Counted from the stretch's first letter, positions 25,063 to 38,620 are shown. The stretch: DNA of 64,000 bases from Octopus sinensis (GCF_006345805.1 NC_042997.1:42780001-42844000); one strand, 5' to 3'. The notes: generated by a model from the sequence alone, not told the origin. Program-made: numbers and translations.

Positions 25063-25428
25063 TATATACATATATACGACAGGCTTCTTTCAGTTTCTGT
25101 CTACCAAATCCACTCACAAGGCATTCGTCGGCCCGGGTCTATAGTAGAAGACACTTTTCCAAGATGCCACGCAGTGGGACTGAACCCGGAACCATGTGGT
25201 TGGTTAGCAAGCTACTTACCACACAGCCACTCCTGCGCCTGCGCTGATTCACATTTTGAACTAATCATGCATTATCTCGTAGCTTCAAGATTTCAATGTT
25301 GTGATTGCTCATTTTTAGAATGCCATTGTAGGGCAGGTGTAAGAGGCCAGATTTAGCATGTTGAAACATGAAACAGGTAACATATTTGGGCCTGAAATGG
25401 CTGGTTGAAACGCTGAAGTGTTCAATCA
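24765..25428 (+). mobile_element. TTAA-type (piggyBac-like) MITE, old copy split by SINE B
   Basis: Colinear with 56319-56539 on both sides of the SINE. Confidence 0.6.
24793..25239 (-). mobile_element. SINE family B
   Basis: Full length; convergent with 24094-24504. Confidence 0.92.
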
Positions 25429-27190
25429 TCACTAAATACCGAGCAAGTGGTTTTGAGAAGATTTGGTCAGGAAACTAATAAACTGACTAAAAGTAGTGAT
25501 GTTTCATGGAATATTGCTTTACCAAATTAATATTTCCTCACAAACTGATCATTGTCAGTATTACAAATGAATGTAAATGTCTTTATAGAGTAGGTACTCT
25601 ATATAGAGTATCAGTGAGTATTCACAAAAACAGGTACACATTTCTACTTAAACAATATTAAAAAGATGAGAAAGAAATTTCCTCCTGGAGAGTATCCTGT
25701 GAATCTATCAGAGCTAACATAACTTCTATTCTCAAAAGCAAGGTGATTTAACTACATGAAATTAAGTGTCCATCCCAAATACACAACAGGACACACAGTT
25801 AGAGCTGTAACAAGAGGGGGAGCAGGGGGCATCCCTTTCCCTGATGCAGATGTGAAGAATTACAAAATTTCTTCTGGCCTATTATGCCTGTTAATTAAAG
25901 TGGGGTGGTGGTGCTAAAGGTGTCTTAGCTCCCCACCACCAATGCTGAGAACCCTTGCTATACCACTGCCTACAGTACATTTTAACTCAATACATATGAG
26001 CTGAGATGCAACACATATTCACAAAGCTGTTTCACATTTATTCAGCTTTTAGTAACCAGTATTTTAACAGCTGTCAAAAACCTCTACTCCATATGTATAG
26101 GATGGATATGCTATATCACCTGCTGTGTCTAATGTGTCATAATTTAATATTCAAACAAGAATTGATATTATTAATAGTATTATAATACACTCTGCCGTAT
26201 TAAATATTCATTTCCCACACTGGCAGAAAAGGGATATAGTTGATTGAATCAACTGCAGTATATTATTTTACAAGCCCAGAGAGATGAAACATGAGCAGGA
26301 TTTCAACTCAGAGGAGACCTAAGTAAATATTGCATGTCATTTAATCTAGGACACCAGCACTTCTGTCCTTCTATTGCTATTTAATGTTAAACATAAAAAC
26401 TACCCATAAAAACTTCTATATTTAAGATATCAAAGCTTTATTTATAATTCCCTGACATGTAGCTATTTCAAAAAATCTTCCCAAAATGTTTGTAGCTACA
26501 GCCAGAATTAGGTATAAGCAATGATGGTACTAGGTCAGAGCAAGGCTGGGTTTCTAGCAGATATGCAAAATATAAATTTAATATAATCATACATACTTTA
26601 TTCATTTCATGTCTGTGAGTGATGGAGACAAAAAATACTATTATTATTTTAAAACCAACTGATCTGGACTTAACAATGATCTATGATGTCTACTCAATCA
26701 GTGTCAACTGTACCACCGCCTTTCAACAGATAGATAAACTATTCAATATTATCCTTTGAAAACTGGCCAAGTTAACGCCAGAGGGAACTGGTATCAGTGA
26801 ACTACAGTTACCAATAAAGTAGTTCATTCAGTATTTAATTTTTGTTTGTTTGTTTGTGTTTATGTGTGTCCACAGCCTCAAATATTCAGACATAAATCAA
26901 CAAACCCATGCATAAACATACAAACTGCTTCTATGTTTTCACCAGTATTTTGTTTCCTAATTCATTTTTGTGTAACTCCTCTTCTGTCCCTGAACTCTTA
27001 CCGTTTCACTCTTTCACTTCATTTGTTCATAACTTCCTTCCATGTTAACAGCAGCTCAAATTTGTACCCTTGCATGCACCTCTATCATGCCCTCCACATT
27101 CCTCTTGCCTTCCTTTTTACCTCACATTTGTGCCTGCTTCCACATCCACACATCCATGCCTTCCTCACACACCTTAATAATTACACGGGA

Positions 27191-27574
27191 TGGAAGCACT
27201 CCGTCGGTTACGACGACGAGGGTTCCGGTTGATCCAATCAACGGAACAGCCTGCTCGTGAAATTAACGTGTAAGTAGCTGAGCACTCCACAGACACGTGT
27301 ACCCTTAACGTAGTTCTCGGGGATATTCAGCGTGACACAGAGAGTGACAAGGCCGGCCCTTTGAAATACAGGTACAACAGAAACAGGAAGTAAGAGTGAG
27401 AGAAAGTTGTGGTGAAAGAGTACAGCAGGGATCACCACCATCCCCTGCTGGAGCCTCGTGGAGCTTTAGGTGTTTTCGCTCAATAAACACTCACAACGCC
27501 CGGTCTGGGAATCGAAACCGCGATCCTATGACCGCGAGTCCGCTGCCCTGACCACTGGGCCATTGCGCCTCCAC
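27191..27574 (-). mobile_element. SINE family A
   Basis: TSD AATAATTACAC (27176-27186/27575-27585). Confidence 0.93.
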
Positions 27575-28298
27575 AATAATTACACACATGCATCAGCACC
27601 ACACACTCGTGTTCAGATAGTAACACTTTTCTTTTTTTCGAGCTATGGATGATCAAGACACATCTGTAGGATTCAATGTTAGACATCAGAAAACAATCTG
27701 GGAACAATTACTGTGAAAATACAATTTGCCCAAAATCTGAATCTTCAAGAATTTCTCCTCCATTTTACAGTATGACACCAAAGTAAGAGAAATGCCAAGA
27801 GGCAGGTTTTTTTGCTGGGATAGACATCATCATTTTATGCATCTCACTGTTTCATTTACTGTAACTTCACAATTAGTTGTAGTTCATTAACCCCCCCCCC
27901 CCAAAAAAAAAGGAAAAAAAACCCCTCATATTACTGCTTCTATAAACTTTGGTCATTCTCAAAGTTTTCTGTTTGAACCTTATCTGGGTTTGGTACAAAA
28001 TCTCGCACTACCCTTGAGCATAAACTATATAAGCTACAGCCTGCGTAGCTCCCACCCCTTCAGTCTTTTCATGTCCTATGTCTGATTACTGAGCTAATTA
28101 ACAACAATTAAGCTTACAGGCAATTAATTAGAAAAAAAGATCACTGTTTACAGAGATTATAATTTTTCAGTATTTCATAATTATCTTTAAATATCAAAAC
28201 GTTTATACATGTAATTAAGGGAGGGGTTTGTTACTTGGGCAGGTAATTTTTTCAAGCTATGACTGTCCTCTTCAAAACATTTCCTTGACACTCTCACC

Positions 28299-28685
28299 TT
28301 ACTCTTTTACTTGTTTCAGTCATTTTGACTGCGGCCATGCTGGAGCACCGCCTTTAGTCGAGCAAATCGACCTCGGGACTTATTCTTTGTAAGCCCAGTA
28401 CTTATTCTATCGGTCTCTTTTTTCCGAACTGCTAAATGACGGGGACGTAAACACACCAGCATCGGTTGTCAAGCAATGCTAGGGGGACAAACACAGACAC
28501 ACATATACATATACATATATACGACAGGCTTCTTTCAGTTTCCGTCTACCAAATCCACTCACAAGGCATTGGTCGGCCCGGGGCTATAGCAGAAGACACT
28601 TGCCCAAGATGCCCCGCAGTGGGACTGAACCCGGAACCATGTGGTTGGTTAGCAAGCTACTTACCACACAGCCACTCCTGCGCCT
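28299..28685 (-). mobile_element. SINE family B
   Basis: Full head and tail. Confidence 0.92.
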
Positions 28686-29410
28686 GCTATAATTTTTTAA
28701 ACTTTCATTTTTACACATAGATAGTAAATACAAAATGTATACAAGTGCATGATTCTCTTTACCGAAGAAACTTGGCTCTTTCCTTCGTTATTTTGAACTA
28801 TAAAATGAAAGAGTGTTTTACTTTTAAGAATTAGAAATGCTCATTCATTTGAATCCTTGGTAATTGGAATGAATCTCCACAATTATTTTCCTGTTGAATC
28901 AGAATGATTAAATATATTTTAAGTTCCAGAGGAGCAATAGTTATTCCCCAACCCTACACTTGTTTGTTATGCATCTTTGCTACATTCTTCGTCAGTTCAG
29001 TTATAAAGCATCCTTATACTCTTAATTAATACCAAACGAGCCTTCAATAAGATCATATAGTTTACAATGTTTAAACACAGGCCTTTTTGTTACCATTCGA
29101 AATCATTGGAAAGGTCTCAAATTTTATGTTTCATTCCTTAAAACACAACAGTGGATATCTAATCTCATTATAAGTGAAAGAAGTAGTATTCGTTCAAAAT
29201 GGCATTCTGAATATCTTACTTAAAGTGGATATACAGTAGAAAACAAGAAAACTGTAGTATAGATATATAGTGCTAAAAAGCACAAAACTGTATCAGTAGC
29301 AAGTGAAAAACATCCAGCAGCGTAGGCAGAATTGCTAAATCTAGATTTCTGTTTCTTTGAGCATCATCAGAAGCAAGTGTCCACTAGCAGCTGCATGCTT
29401 AGACACATTT

Positions 29411-29638
29411 CAGCCCCCACCCCCGACTGGCTCCTGTGCTGCTAGCATGTAAAAAGCACCATCCAAATGTGGCCAATGCCAGTATCCACTACACTCCTGG
29501 AGTGGTTGGCATTAGGAAGGGCATCCAGCTGTAGAAACACTGCCAGATCAGATTGGAGCCTGGTGCGGCCTCCTGGCTTACCAGTTCCCAGTCAAACTGT
29601 CCAACCCATGCCAGCATGGAAAACGTTGATGATGTTGA
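29411..29638 (+). mobile_element. RTE 3' tail fragment
   Basis: One unit and GGAAGGGCATCCAGC tail. Confidence 0.82.
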
Positions 29639-29769
29639 CTGGTATAAAATAACAATGACTAACCAATCACCAGTGTCACAAAGAGCTTTTAGGCTAGGCA
29701 AAAGTTCATTATTCATAACTGAAGCAGTGGTTCAGAATAGCATTATGTGTATTTTAGTTAATGGAATAT

Positions 29770-31654
29770 ACTGCTTAAGCTCAAGCTAGTCCTGCAGAAT
29801 AGTGTAGCTACAATTATCTCCACCTATGCCCCACAAGTGGGCCTATCAAACGATTAGAAGGACCACTTTCATGATACCCTTCTACAGGCTACCTCAAGGA
29901 TGGGTGGCCATGACCTCATCTTTGTGGCTGGAGATTTCAAAGGGCATGACAGACAGCAATCTGGTATCTTCAATGGTCTACACGGGGACCATGAAATTGG
30001 TTCCCGAAATGAAGAGGGAACTAGGCTACTGGAGTTCTGTGATGCATGTAACCTATTAATCTGCAACACTAACTTCAGGAAGCCAGACAGCCACCTGATA
30101 ACCTATCAATCAGGTGACTATGCTAGCCAGATTGATTTCATCCTCACCAGACAGCGGGACACAGGGTTGCTCTTAAATACAAAGACCCTCCTGGGTGAAG
30201 AATGTACCCTCCAGCAAAGACTAGTCATTAGTGACTTTAGACTTGAGGCCAGAAAGATGCCAAGAAGCAGACCAATCCAGAAAAGAAGGATTTGGAAGTT
30301 AAAGAACCCTTCACATGGTCAGAGATTTAGGGACATCCTCATCGAGAAATTTGATGAGAGGGAGGAAGAGCTACAGACTTTGGACATAGAGTGTAGCTGA
30401 AAATTCCTACAGGACAGCTGACTGAGTGCCACAGACCAAACCTATGGCTGGTGCAAAGTCCCTTCCAGACCTAGAGTAACGTGGTGGTGGAATAATGTGG
30501 TAGACAAGGCCATTAGAGCAAAGAAGCAGAACTGGAAAGTGGGAGTAGCAGGGAACTGTACCAGATAGCCAGATGGGAGGCTGGGTGACAGGTATACATA
30601 GCCAAGGGAGAAGCAGAAAAGAAGAAGTTTGCCAATGTTCAACAACGTGAGAACTAAAGAACTGAAGTATTTCAGATTGCAAGATAGTGTGTTAGAGAAA
30701 ATTGAGATGTCACAGGAGAGAAATGTGTCCATATGGATGATGGTGCACTTGCTTTTAATGATTCTGAAAAGAAAGAGGCTTGGAGAAGCCATTATGAATG
30801 AGGAGAATGAATGGTAGGAGGAGCCTGCCAAATGTTGACCCACTAGGGGGACCAGCTATCCGAATAGACAACACCCTGGTAGATAAGGCAATTAAGGACA
30901 TGAAGTCAGGAAAAGCTCCCGGCCCATCAGGAATCACTGCTGAGATGCTTAAAATATCTGGTGGTGTGGGTTATGGCCTAGTCATCTGTATTGTAAACTA
31001 GATAGTTCACGAAGGAGTTATACACAATGACTGGTATAGCAGCACCATAGTCAACTGCTACAAAGGTAAAAGTGATGCTCTAGATAGAAATAACTACAGG
31101 GGTATCAAACTGCTGGATCAGGTGATGAAGATCACAGAGAGGGTCATAGCCCAACTAATTAGGGAGAGAGTCTGCTCAGATGAGATGCAGTTTGGTTTTG
31201 TGCTAGGTAGAATCACCACTAATTCCTGATATGGCAATTTCAGGAGAAATACCTAGCCAAAGATAAACCCCTATACTTGGCTTTTGAGGACTTGGAGAAA
31301 GCCTTTGATAGGGTCCCTTGTTCCATTATCTGGTGAGCGATGTGGAAACTGGGGATTGACGAGTGGTTCATAAGAGCTGTACAGGTCCTGTACAGGGATG
31401 CCATTAGTAAGGTAAGGGTTGGCAATGAGTATAGTGAAGAATTCTGGGTAGAAGTAGGGGTCAACCAAGGATCAGCCCTCAGCACCCTCTTATTCATCAT
31501 AGTCCTCCAGGCAATAACAGAGGAATTCAAGACAGGTTGTCCCTGGGAGTTCCTCTATGCTGATGACTTTGCTCCCTTAGCAGAATCACTACCAGAACTA
31601 GAGAAGAAATTTCAGGTGTGGAAGCAAGGTTTAGAATTGAAGGGCCTTAGAGTT
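29770..31654 (+). pseudogene. RTE-clade LINE ORF2 relic (APE endonuclease and reverse transcriptase), truncated at both ends
   Basis: IISTYAPQ, VAGDFKGH, RNEEGTRLLEFC, SQIDFIL (APE); KAPGPSGI, YRGIKLL, QFGF, DLEKAFDRVP, GVNQGSALS, FLYADD (RT); many stops and frameshifts. Confidence 0.93.
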
Positions 31655-31757
31655 ATGGGTTGGACAGGAGCTGGCCAGGCAGAAGCCTGCACCAGACTTC
31701 TGTGTCTGTTTCAGCACTGTTTTTACAGCTGGATGTCCTTCCTAACGTCAACTACCT
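31655..31757 (-). mobile_element. RTE tail fragment fused in opposite orientation to the RT relic
   Basis: GGGTTGGAC..GCTGGATGTCCTTCCTAACGTCAAC. Confidence 0.7.
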
Positions 31758-31837
31758 AGCAGAGGTATCTATATAAACTGTCAGGTGATATTCTTGTGTG
31801 CTAAAAGTGTGACTGCATACGAAAGAAGAATACTTAC

Positions 31838-32169
31838 TTTTCAGTTTTGATATTCTCTGTGCTCTTATTAGAAACACATCCTCCAAAGACATTGCGGAGC
31901 ACAGACATGGTTTGCTACCATTGGCTAGCAGGACCTATTTGCAGCCTGCATTAGTCCACCTGAGTTAGCAGCACTGGCAACACCCCAGGTGATGAAAGTG
32001 AAAAGACCAGTTCATATTTATAGATGTTTCTGTAAAGGCTGAGCACAGGATGATAATTCTGAAGTTTCTCGGAGATCAGCAGTTGTGGAAGAACTTGTAG
32101 CAATAGCAACAGCAGTTATCAGTAGTGTCATTGACATTATCATTAGATGAACCATAGCAATTTGGCAGT
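31838..32169 (-). other. Candidate spliced exon (332 nt) of an unidentified host transcript
   Basis: Acceptor GTTTTGTTTTGTTTGTTTCTTTCACACAG and donor AAA|GTAAGT flank unique, non-repetitive sequence; no frame is open through the whole exon. Confidence 0.35.
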
Positions 32170-32441
32170 CTGTGTGAAAGAAACAAACAAAACAAAACAA
32201 AAAAAGGTTATTATTTTTTTAAAAAATGATTAAGTATTTTATAACAACTGTAAAAGAAAGTCGGAAAGAAACAGAGGTAGGAGAGGAAAACATGAAAATA
32301 CAAAACTTTATTTAAACAGAAGTTTATTTAAGTTATTAACTACATTGCTTATCTCAAGGATTATTTAGATCAGTTCAGTACTGAGACGAGTTTGGTAGTT
32401 CACTGTTTTGAGTTCAAATTTCATCACTTGGTTCAATTTCT

Positions 32442-32673
32442 TATTTCTTTACTGCCCACAAGGGGGCTAAACACAGAGGGGACAAACAAGGACAGACAAA
32501 GGGATTAAGTCGATTACATCGACCCCAGTGCGTAACTGGTACTTAATTTATCGACCCCGAAAGGATGAAAGGCAAAGTCGACCTCGGCGGAATTTGAACT
32601 CAGAACGCAGCGGCGGACGAAATACCACAAAGCATTTCGCCTGGCTTGCTAGCGTTTCTGCCAGCTCGCCGCC
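32442..32673 (-). mobile_element. SINE family C, full length
   Basis: rc of GGCGGCGAGCTGGCAGAAACG..GAGTTCAAATTCCGCCGAGGTCGACTTTGCC..AAAGAAATA. Confidence 0.9.
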
Positions 32674-33069
32674 TCATTTTCTGACCCTCATTTTCCAGAT
32701 GAACGAAATATCAATAATATATTGTAATAAATTTCAATCATTTATATCTCTTTCTGACAAAATTAGATATGCCTAGTCAATGAAATAAATAATTAATTTC
32801 AAATAATCATTAGGCACAGGTATGGCAAGTGCAGAAATGGTCTGAAGGTGCAGGATTAGCTGTGTGATTAAGAGGTTTGCTTTCCAAGCAGGTTCAGTCC
32901 CACTGCATGGCACCTTCAGCAAGTACTTCCTACTATAGTCCTGAGCTGACCAAAACCGTGTAAGTTTGGTAGACAAAATTTGAAGGAACCCACGGCAGTG
33001 ACCCAGTGTGGTCACAGTCCAATGGCTGAATAAGCAAAAGATACACACACACACCAGTATCCATGTATA

Positions 33070-33292
33070 CTTGGGTGTGCTGAAAAGTTCCAGGTTTTGG
33101 GTAAAAGAAAGTACAGAAGGATCAGTTAATTATGATTTTATCCAACATATTCCCCTTCTCAAATTCACACACTTATTGCAGCAGTCCTTCAGTTTTTCTA
33201 AGCCCTGTACAAAAAGAACTCAGAAGGTTGGGCCTCCAACCAGGCCTTTCATGGTACCCTTAAAAGCTGCGAACTTTTCAGCACCCCACTCG
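33070..33292 (-). mobile_element. Mariner-derived MITE
   Basis: TA-flanked TIRs (..GTGCTGAAAAGTTC / GAACTTTTCAGCAC..); homologous to 54469-54669. Confidence 0.85.
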
Positions 33293-34321
33293 TATATGTG
33301 TGTGCGTAGGTGTGAATGCATGTATGTTTGTGCATCTTTCTCTTGACGCTAGATGATACTTGTAAATGAGTGTCACTGATATGCAAATGGTGCCCTTCAG
33401 CAAAAACAGGTGACTGCTTGTGTTAGGAAGGGTGTATGGCCATAGAAAATTTACTTTAATAAGCTCTGTCCAACCCATGCAAATGGAAAAGTGGGTGTTA
33501 AAACAATGGACAAAGAAGCTAAGACCAAAGCCATTACTTGACTTCTTGTAAAGAATAGTGTCCATGATTCATTAATTCATTTTATTTACTCTATTGAGGT
33601 TCGTAATCTCTCTGTCTTTAGAACATTTGTGATGTTCAAGAAAGTGAAAGAACTGCTAGGAAGTGAAACCAGGTCATGGATTAAGCATGCAAGGATATTT
33701 TAGTCTATAAACAAGGTGGTGCCCACCATCTTTGTAAGAGTCAAAATAAGCAAATCTTAACAATATATGTAGGTAGGAGGCATTCTTAACACAAAGTAAG
33801 AAAACCAATGAAAGTTTACAAAGGAAGATAAATTATCTAAAGAATACCAATTTATTACAGAGACACAATAGAAACTGATAGAAGCAGTAAATGGAAACCA
33901 AAAGAAGCCTGTCATATAAATATATACGTATATGTACATATGTGTGTATGTATGTGTGTCACTATCTCTAAACAACAATGAGACACGCATTTTATGACTT
34001 AATACATCAATATTAATTTTAAATTTCACCAGTCATATTTGTTTATTATCTATCTGGGGTAAAGTGAATACCAGTAAGATATTGGTTGTGTTTGCTCAGC
34101 CAAGCTTCCTTTTCTTGCAAATTGGCCTAGTAACTGAGAAAATCTGTTTCATGTCGATGATATACGGTGGCTGCCTCTGATCTGTATCATACATCTCTTC
34201 AATACTCAGCCACATCATGTACACTGTTAACAGCAAATCCATTGTGGAAATCATTCTACTTCCTGTCCACTCGCAGAATGTTCTCAATACCAATTCATTT
34301 AGCCTAACAGATATACAGATA

Positions 34322-34715
34322 TCTTTATATATAAAAGTAAGGTTGTGTGTCTGTCTCCTACAATTTAGATTCCTAACTACTCCCACATTTTGCGGTGCAG
34401 TTTAACCAAAACCGGGTATCTTATAGTCGTGATTCATATCGAGCCCTTCTGGGTATTAGCGCACGTCTACAATGAGTCTACAATTTAAAAAATAATTTAC
34501 CATCATTTTTTTCCATTTTAATGCATTTTTGGCATATATAAGGGAAGTAACTCTCTAAAAATGTCTACGATGAGTCAATGATTTAAAAAAAAATTTACCA
34601 TCATTTTTTTTCCATTTTTAATGCATTTATTTGCTATTTTTTGGCTATAACTCTCTAAAAATGCTTTATAGTTATTTCCCTTACAAACCCGAGCAACGCC
34701 GGGCGATACTGCTAG
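34322..34715 (+). mobile_element. Non-autonomous Helitron-like element
   Basis: A|TC start, CTAG|T end, subterminal hairpin CCCG-AGCAACGC-CGGG (34688-34703), no TSD, internal ~90-bp duplication. Confidence 0.8.
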
Positions 34716-35558
34716 TATATTATATATATAAAGTGGGGGAGGATGTTAGCTGCAGGAAATGAATTACCAGCAGTCATTTCACTATGGCTTGCCATTCACT
34801 CACTAACTGTGTCAAGAAGAGTCTTTAACTTATATAACATTAAAAGGAAAAGGGTTTGAGATTCATGGATTCTCAACTTCCTGGAGAATATGATAAATTT
34901 AGAAAAAAATTCATGTGGAATAAGTATGTCACCAGAAAAACAGATTAGAAGAAATAAGAACTGACACTGCATCAGGAACCCAAAATTAGTTCTTAAAATC
35001 TCAAAATCTCATACAATAAGCACAGTTTTTTATGATTACATCATCCTGTTAATACCAAAACTAGCTAAAGAAAGCAAAAAAAGAAAAAGAAAAAAATTTT
35101 CTCCTCCAGAGAGGTAAGAGAGTCAGTTGTCATAGATTTATAATATATCAACTTATTTTATAAGGTTTCACTTAACTCTCTTCATGGTTGCAAACACCTA
35201 CCTGAAAGTTGATGGTTTTAGAAAATGGATTTATATCTTAAACTTTGAACTTTAAAATTGATGCAAAAAAAAAAAAAAAAAAGATTACTGAGCTATGAGA
35301 ATATACATAAATATATGTATGTATGTATGTATACACACACACGTGTATATATAATTCAGCCAAGCATAGTTTGAAGTTTTTTAATTAACCAGAATGATGA
35401 GATTAGATAAAGTCAATGAACAACCTTTAACTCAACCTATAAAAGAGTTCCATAGTTCCAAATGACAAAAAGAAAAGAAATAACATGTTGCATGAGAAGT
35501 CCGTTTAAAATAATACAAATTGTATATGCAAGAAATTTCATTAATTTTAAGTTTAGAA

Positions 35559-35970
35559 GGCGCAGGAGTGGCTGTGTGGTAAGTAGCTTGCTAACCAACC
35601 ACATGGTTGCGGGTTCAGTCCCACTGCGTGGCATCTTGGGCAAGTGTCTTCTGCTATAGCCCCGGGCTGACCAATGCCTTGTGAGTGGATTTGGTAGACG
35701 GAAACTGAAAGAAGCCTGTCGTATATATGTATATATATGTATGTGTGTGTGTGTGTGTGTGTTTGTGTGTCTGTGTTTGTCCCCCTAGCATCGCTTGACA
35801 ACCGATGCTGGTGTGTTTACGTCTCCGTCACTTAGCGGTTCGGCAAAAGAGACCGATAGAATAAGTACTGGGCTTACAAAGAATAAGTTCCGGGGTCGAT
35901 TTCGCTCGACTAAAGGCGGTGCTCCAGCATGGCCGCAGTCAAATGACTGAAACAAGTAAAAAGAGTAAAA
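35559..35970 (+). mobile_element. SINE family B
   Basis: Full head and tail. Confidence 0.92.
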
Positions 35971-36668
35971 TCAGAGCTGAAGAGGTCATAAAATAAAGAA
36001 ACAACACTTATACCCTTTCCTTCAATGCTAGTTTATGCCTCATCAACTAAAAAGCTTTTACAAGAAACACACACAAATATTATATATGTATATATGTATA
36101 TATATGTATGTATGGGGACAGGAGCAGTTACGTAGAGTTAGCATCACATTCATAACCAACACATAATAAAAAACTATGATAGAAATGTATACTATATGTT
36201 TGCAATGAAACTGCGTAATTCTTGAAAAGGAAGGGGGAAACAGAGATGATTATCCTTCTTAGCAATGTTAGTTATGGTAGCAATTGTAAGGAACACCAGG
36301 GGAGAGGACTAAAAAAAAAATGCCCTTGTCTGGTGGAATGTACCACTGGTTGCAGAATTTATGATCTAAAAATGTGTCCTTGCCAGAGAAGTATAGAACA
36401 ACCTCCAATGAAATATCACTGACAGAAGTTCTTCACACAACAGCCTCTACATTTTTCATTAACATATACTTGAGTAAGGATTTATTTATCTGTTTTACCT
36501 ATTTATTTACAACTAGATACTGCTGTTCACCAGTGAGTTATATATTTCACAGTTATTCAAAGTTTGAAATATATAAAAACAAAATGAAAATAAAGAGGAA
36601 AAGTCATTCCTGAGATTTGTAGAAGAAAATACTATATAGTAGTATATACAACCTTCAACAATAACACA

Positions 36669-36674
<6 letters not shown>

Positions 36675-36748
<74 letters not shown>
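36675..36748. repeat. (GA)n microsatellite
   Basis: Directly visible; another at 49615-49692. Confidence 0.95.
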
Positions 36749-36751
<3 letters not shown>

Positions 36752-37099
36752 AATAAAAAACGTTCCCATAACTAACTCTGTTACATTATACCATTACTGA
36801 AATAAGACATTTGCTAAGTATTTACAGCCTATTGTAATCAACTTTCTTCATTAAACATAGCTTCTTTCTTGAAACCCGATAAAGCATGCTTTTCAGTGTA
36901 ATTTTTGTTTAAAATCAAGATGATGATGATGGTAACAATGGTTTCTTTTATTAGTCACAGGGGCAGAGATGAGGAGGACATCAAAAGAGCAGACCAGAAT
37001 TTGTGTGGGGATTTATATAAAGGACGTGGAGACAGAAATGGAAAAGACAGTGAAATCCAATAAAAGTATACACAGTAGAGAATATATGTGAAAATATGA

Positions 37100-37735
37100 A
37101 TGATGCAGTTCTGATTCAGGAGAAACTCCAACTAGGGCCAATCAAGGAACCTCACAGATCCAGGATTACCCTGACCACTTGCCCTATCTCCTGCCCACCA
37201 ATCTACAGGTGCATACTTAAAGTAGGGCCATTCCCCCTAACCATTTTCCCCACAAATACCCATCTTTTCAAAAATTCACTCAAAGGTAGCATTTCCCTCT
37301 CCACCTTCACTTTCCTTTCCAAGTGAAACTTAAAGTTGATGAGAACTTAACGAAAGAGGAGAGTGTCTTTCCCCAATCCTTTCAGCCTCATCCATCACAC
37401 AACCTCTTTTGCTATAGCCACTAGACAGAGGAACACTGCCTGCCTAGCATTGTTAAAGGTGAGGAGTGAGTTGAGGTGCATGATAGATTTAGCTGGTAGT
37501 TGGATTTGTCCCACATGTGATAACAGCTGTTCAACAGAACTCCACAAGTCAACAATACTCAGACATTGCACAAGTGCATGCAAAACAGTCTAGTTGCTCT
37601 GCATGCATCTCAAACAGTTCTGCCTCACAGCTTTTCTGACTGGATAACTTCCAGAAATCCCTAGTCTGGCAGTGCCTGGTAGCACTGTGAGTCCAGGGAT
37701 TTCTGAAAGCTATCCATAGTTGTATCAGGCCAGAA
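37100..37735 (-). pseudogene. L1/Tx1-like LINE ORF2 C-terminal relic
   Basis: FQKSLDSQCYQALP..CLRCMQSN*TVLHALVQCLSIVDLWSSVEQLL (CxxC..H..C..W zinc-knuckle motif of L1-clade ORF2). Confidence 0.7.
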
Positions 37736-37744
37736 AGTCCTCAA

Positions 37745-38620
37745 AAATAAACCAACTCATTCTCATCAAACGACAAGGGAACTGGCAGAGAAAAATGGAA
37801 TGCTCCCACACTGCTATAGAGAAGCATCTTCATTCGATGGGAAAGGTTCAGAAGTATGGGGCATGGGTTCTGCATGCTTTAAGTGACAACAGCAAAAATG
37901 AACGCCCCACAATCTCCACTGGTTTGCTTGCTCATCAATGCTCAACTCATGGACACAAGCAACGATTTCTTTACTGAATCGTTACTGGCGACAAAAAATG
38001 GTGCCTGTACATCAATATGAAGCAGCGTAAGGAAAGGCTTAGCCCCGGTAAACAAGCGACACTGTGTATGAAAGATCTTCATCCATGTAAAACAATGTGC
38101 GTATGGTGGAACTGGGAAAGGAATATCCAATACAAATGCTTGAATGGAACCAAATGCTCAACGCAGAACTCTATGTTCAACAGATGGAACAACTCAACAG
38201 AACTATTCAAGAGAAAAGACTTAATAGGCAGCATGGAGTTCTGCTGCACGACAATGCCTGCCCTCATATCACCAATATGACCAAGGAAGCCATTCAAATG
38301 CATGGCTGGGAAGTGCTGCCACACCCACTGTACTCTCCTGATTTGGCACCAACGGATTTCCACCTCTTTTGATCTCTTTCAAATGCTATGCGTGGAGTTT
38401 CATTCAATACTGATACAGAGTTGAGAGCTTGGTTGGATCAATTTTTCGAGTGAAAATTGGGTGATTTCTACCAATGAGATATTGAAAATCTTGTTGAACA
38501 TTGGGAAGAAGTTGTAAACAACAAGAGTGAATACATTGATTAATTAGTTGTTATTTTTTTTATTAAACCCTTTAAAAAATTTAAATTTTAAAAATGACGG
38601 AAACTTAGTTGCTAACCCAA
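37745..38620 (+). pseudogene. 5'-truncated mariner transposon (D,D34D transposase relic and right TIR)
   Basis: WVLHAL, IVTGDKKW, LLHDNACPH, YSPDLAPTDFHLF; TIR AAATGACGGAAACTTAGTTGCTAACCCAA followed by TA. Confidence 0.93.

Noticed and set aside
25800-25968. Possible old hAT MITE (CCTTGCTATACCACTG end)
   Set aside because: Left TIR too degenerate and no 8-bp TSD found.
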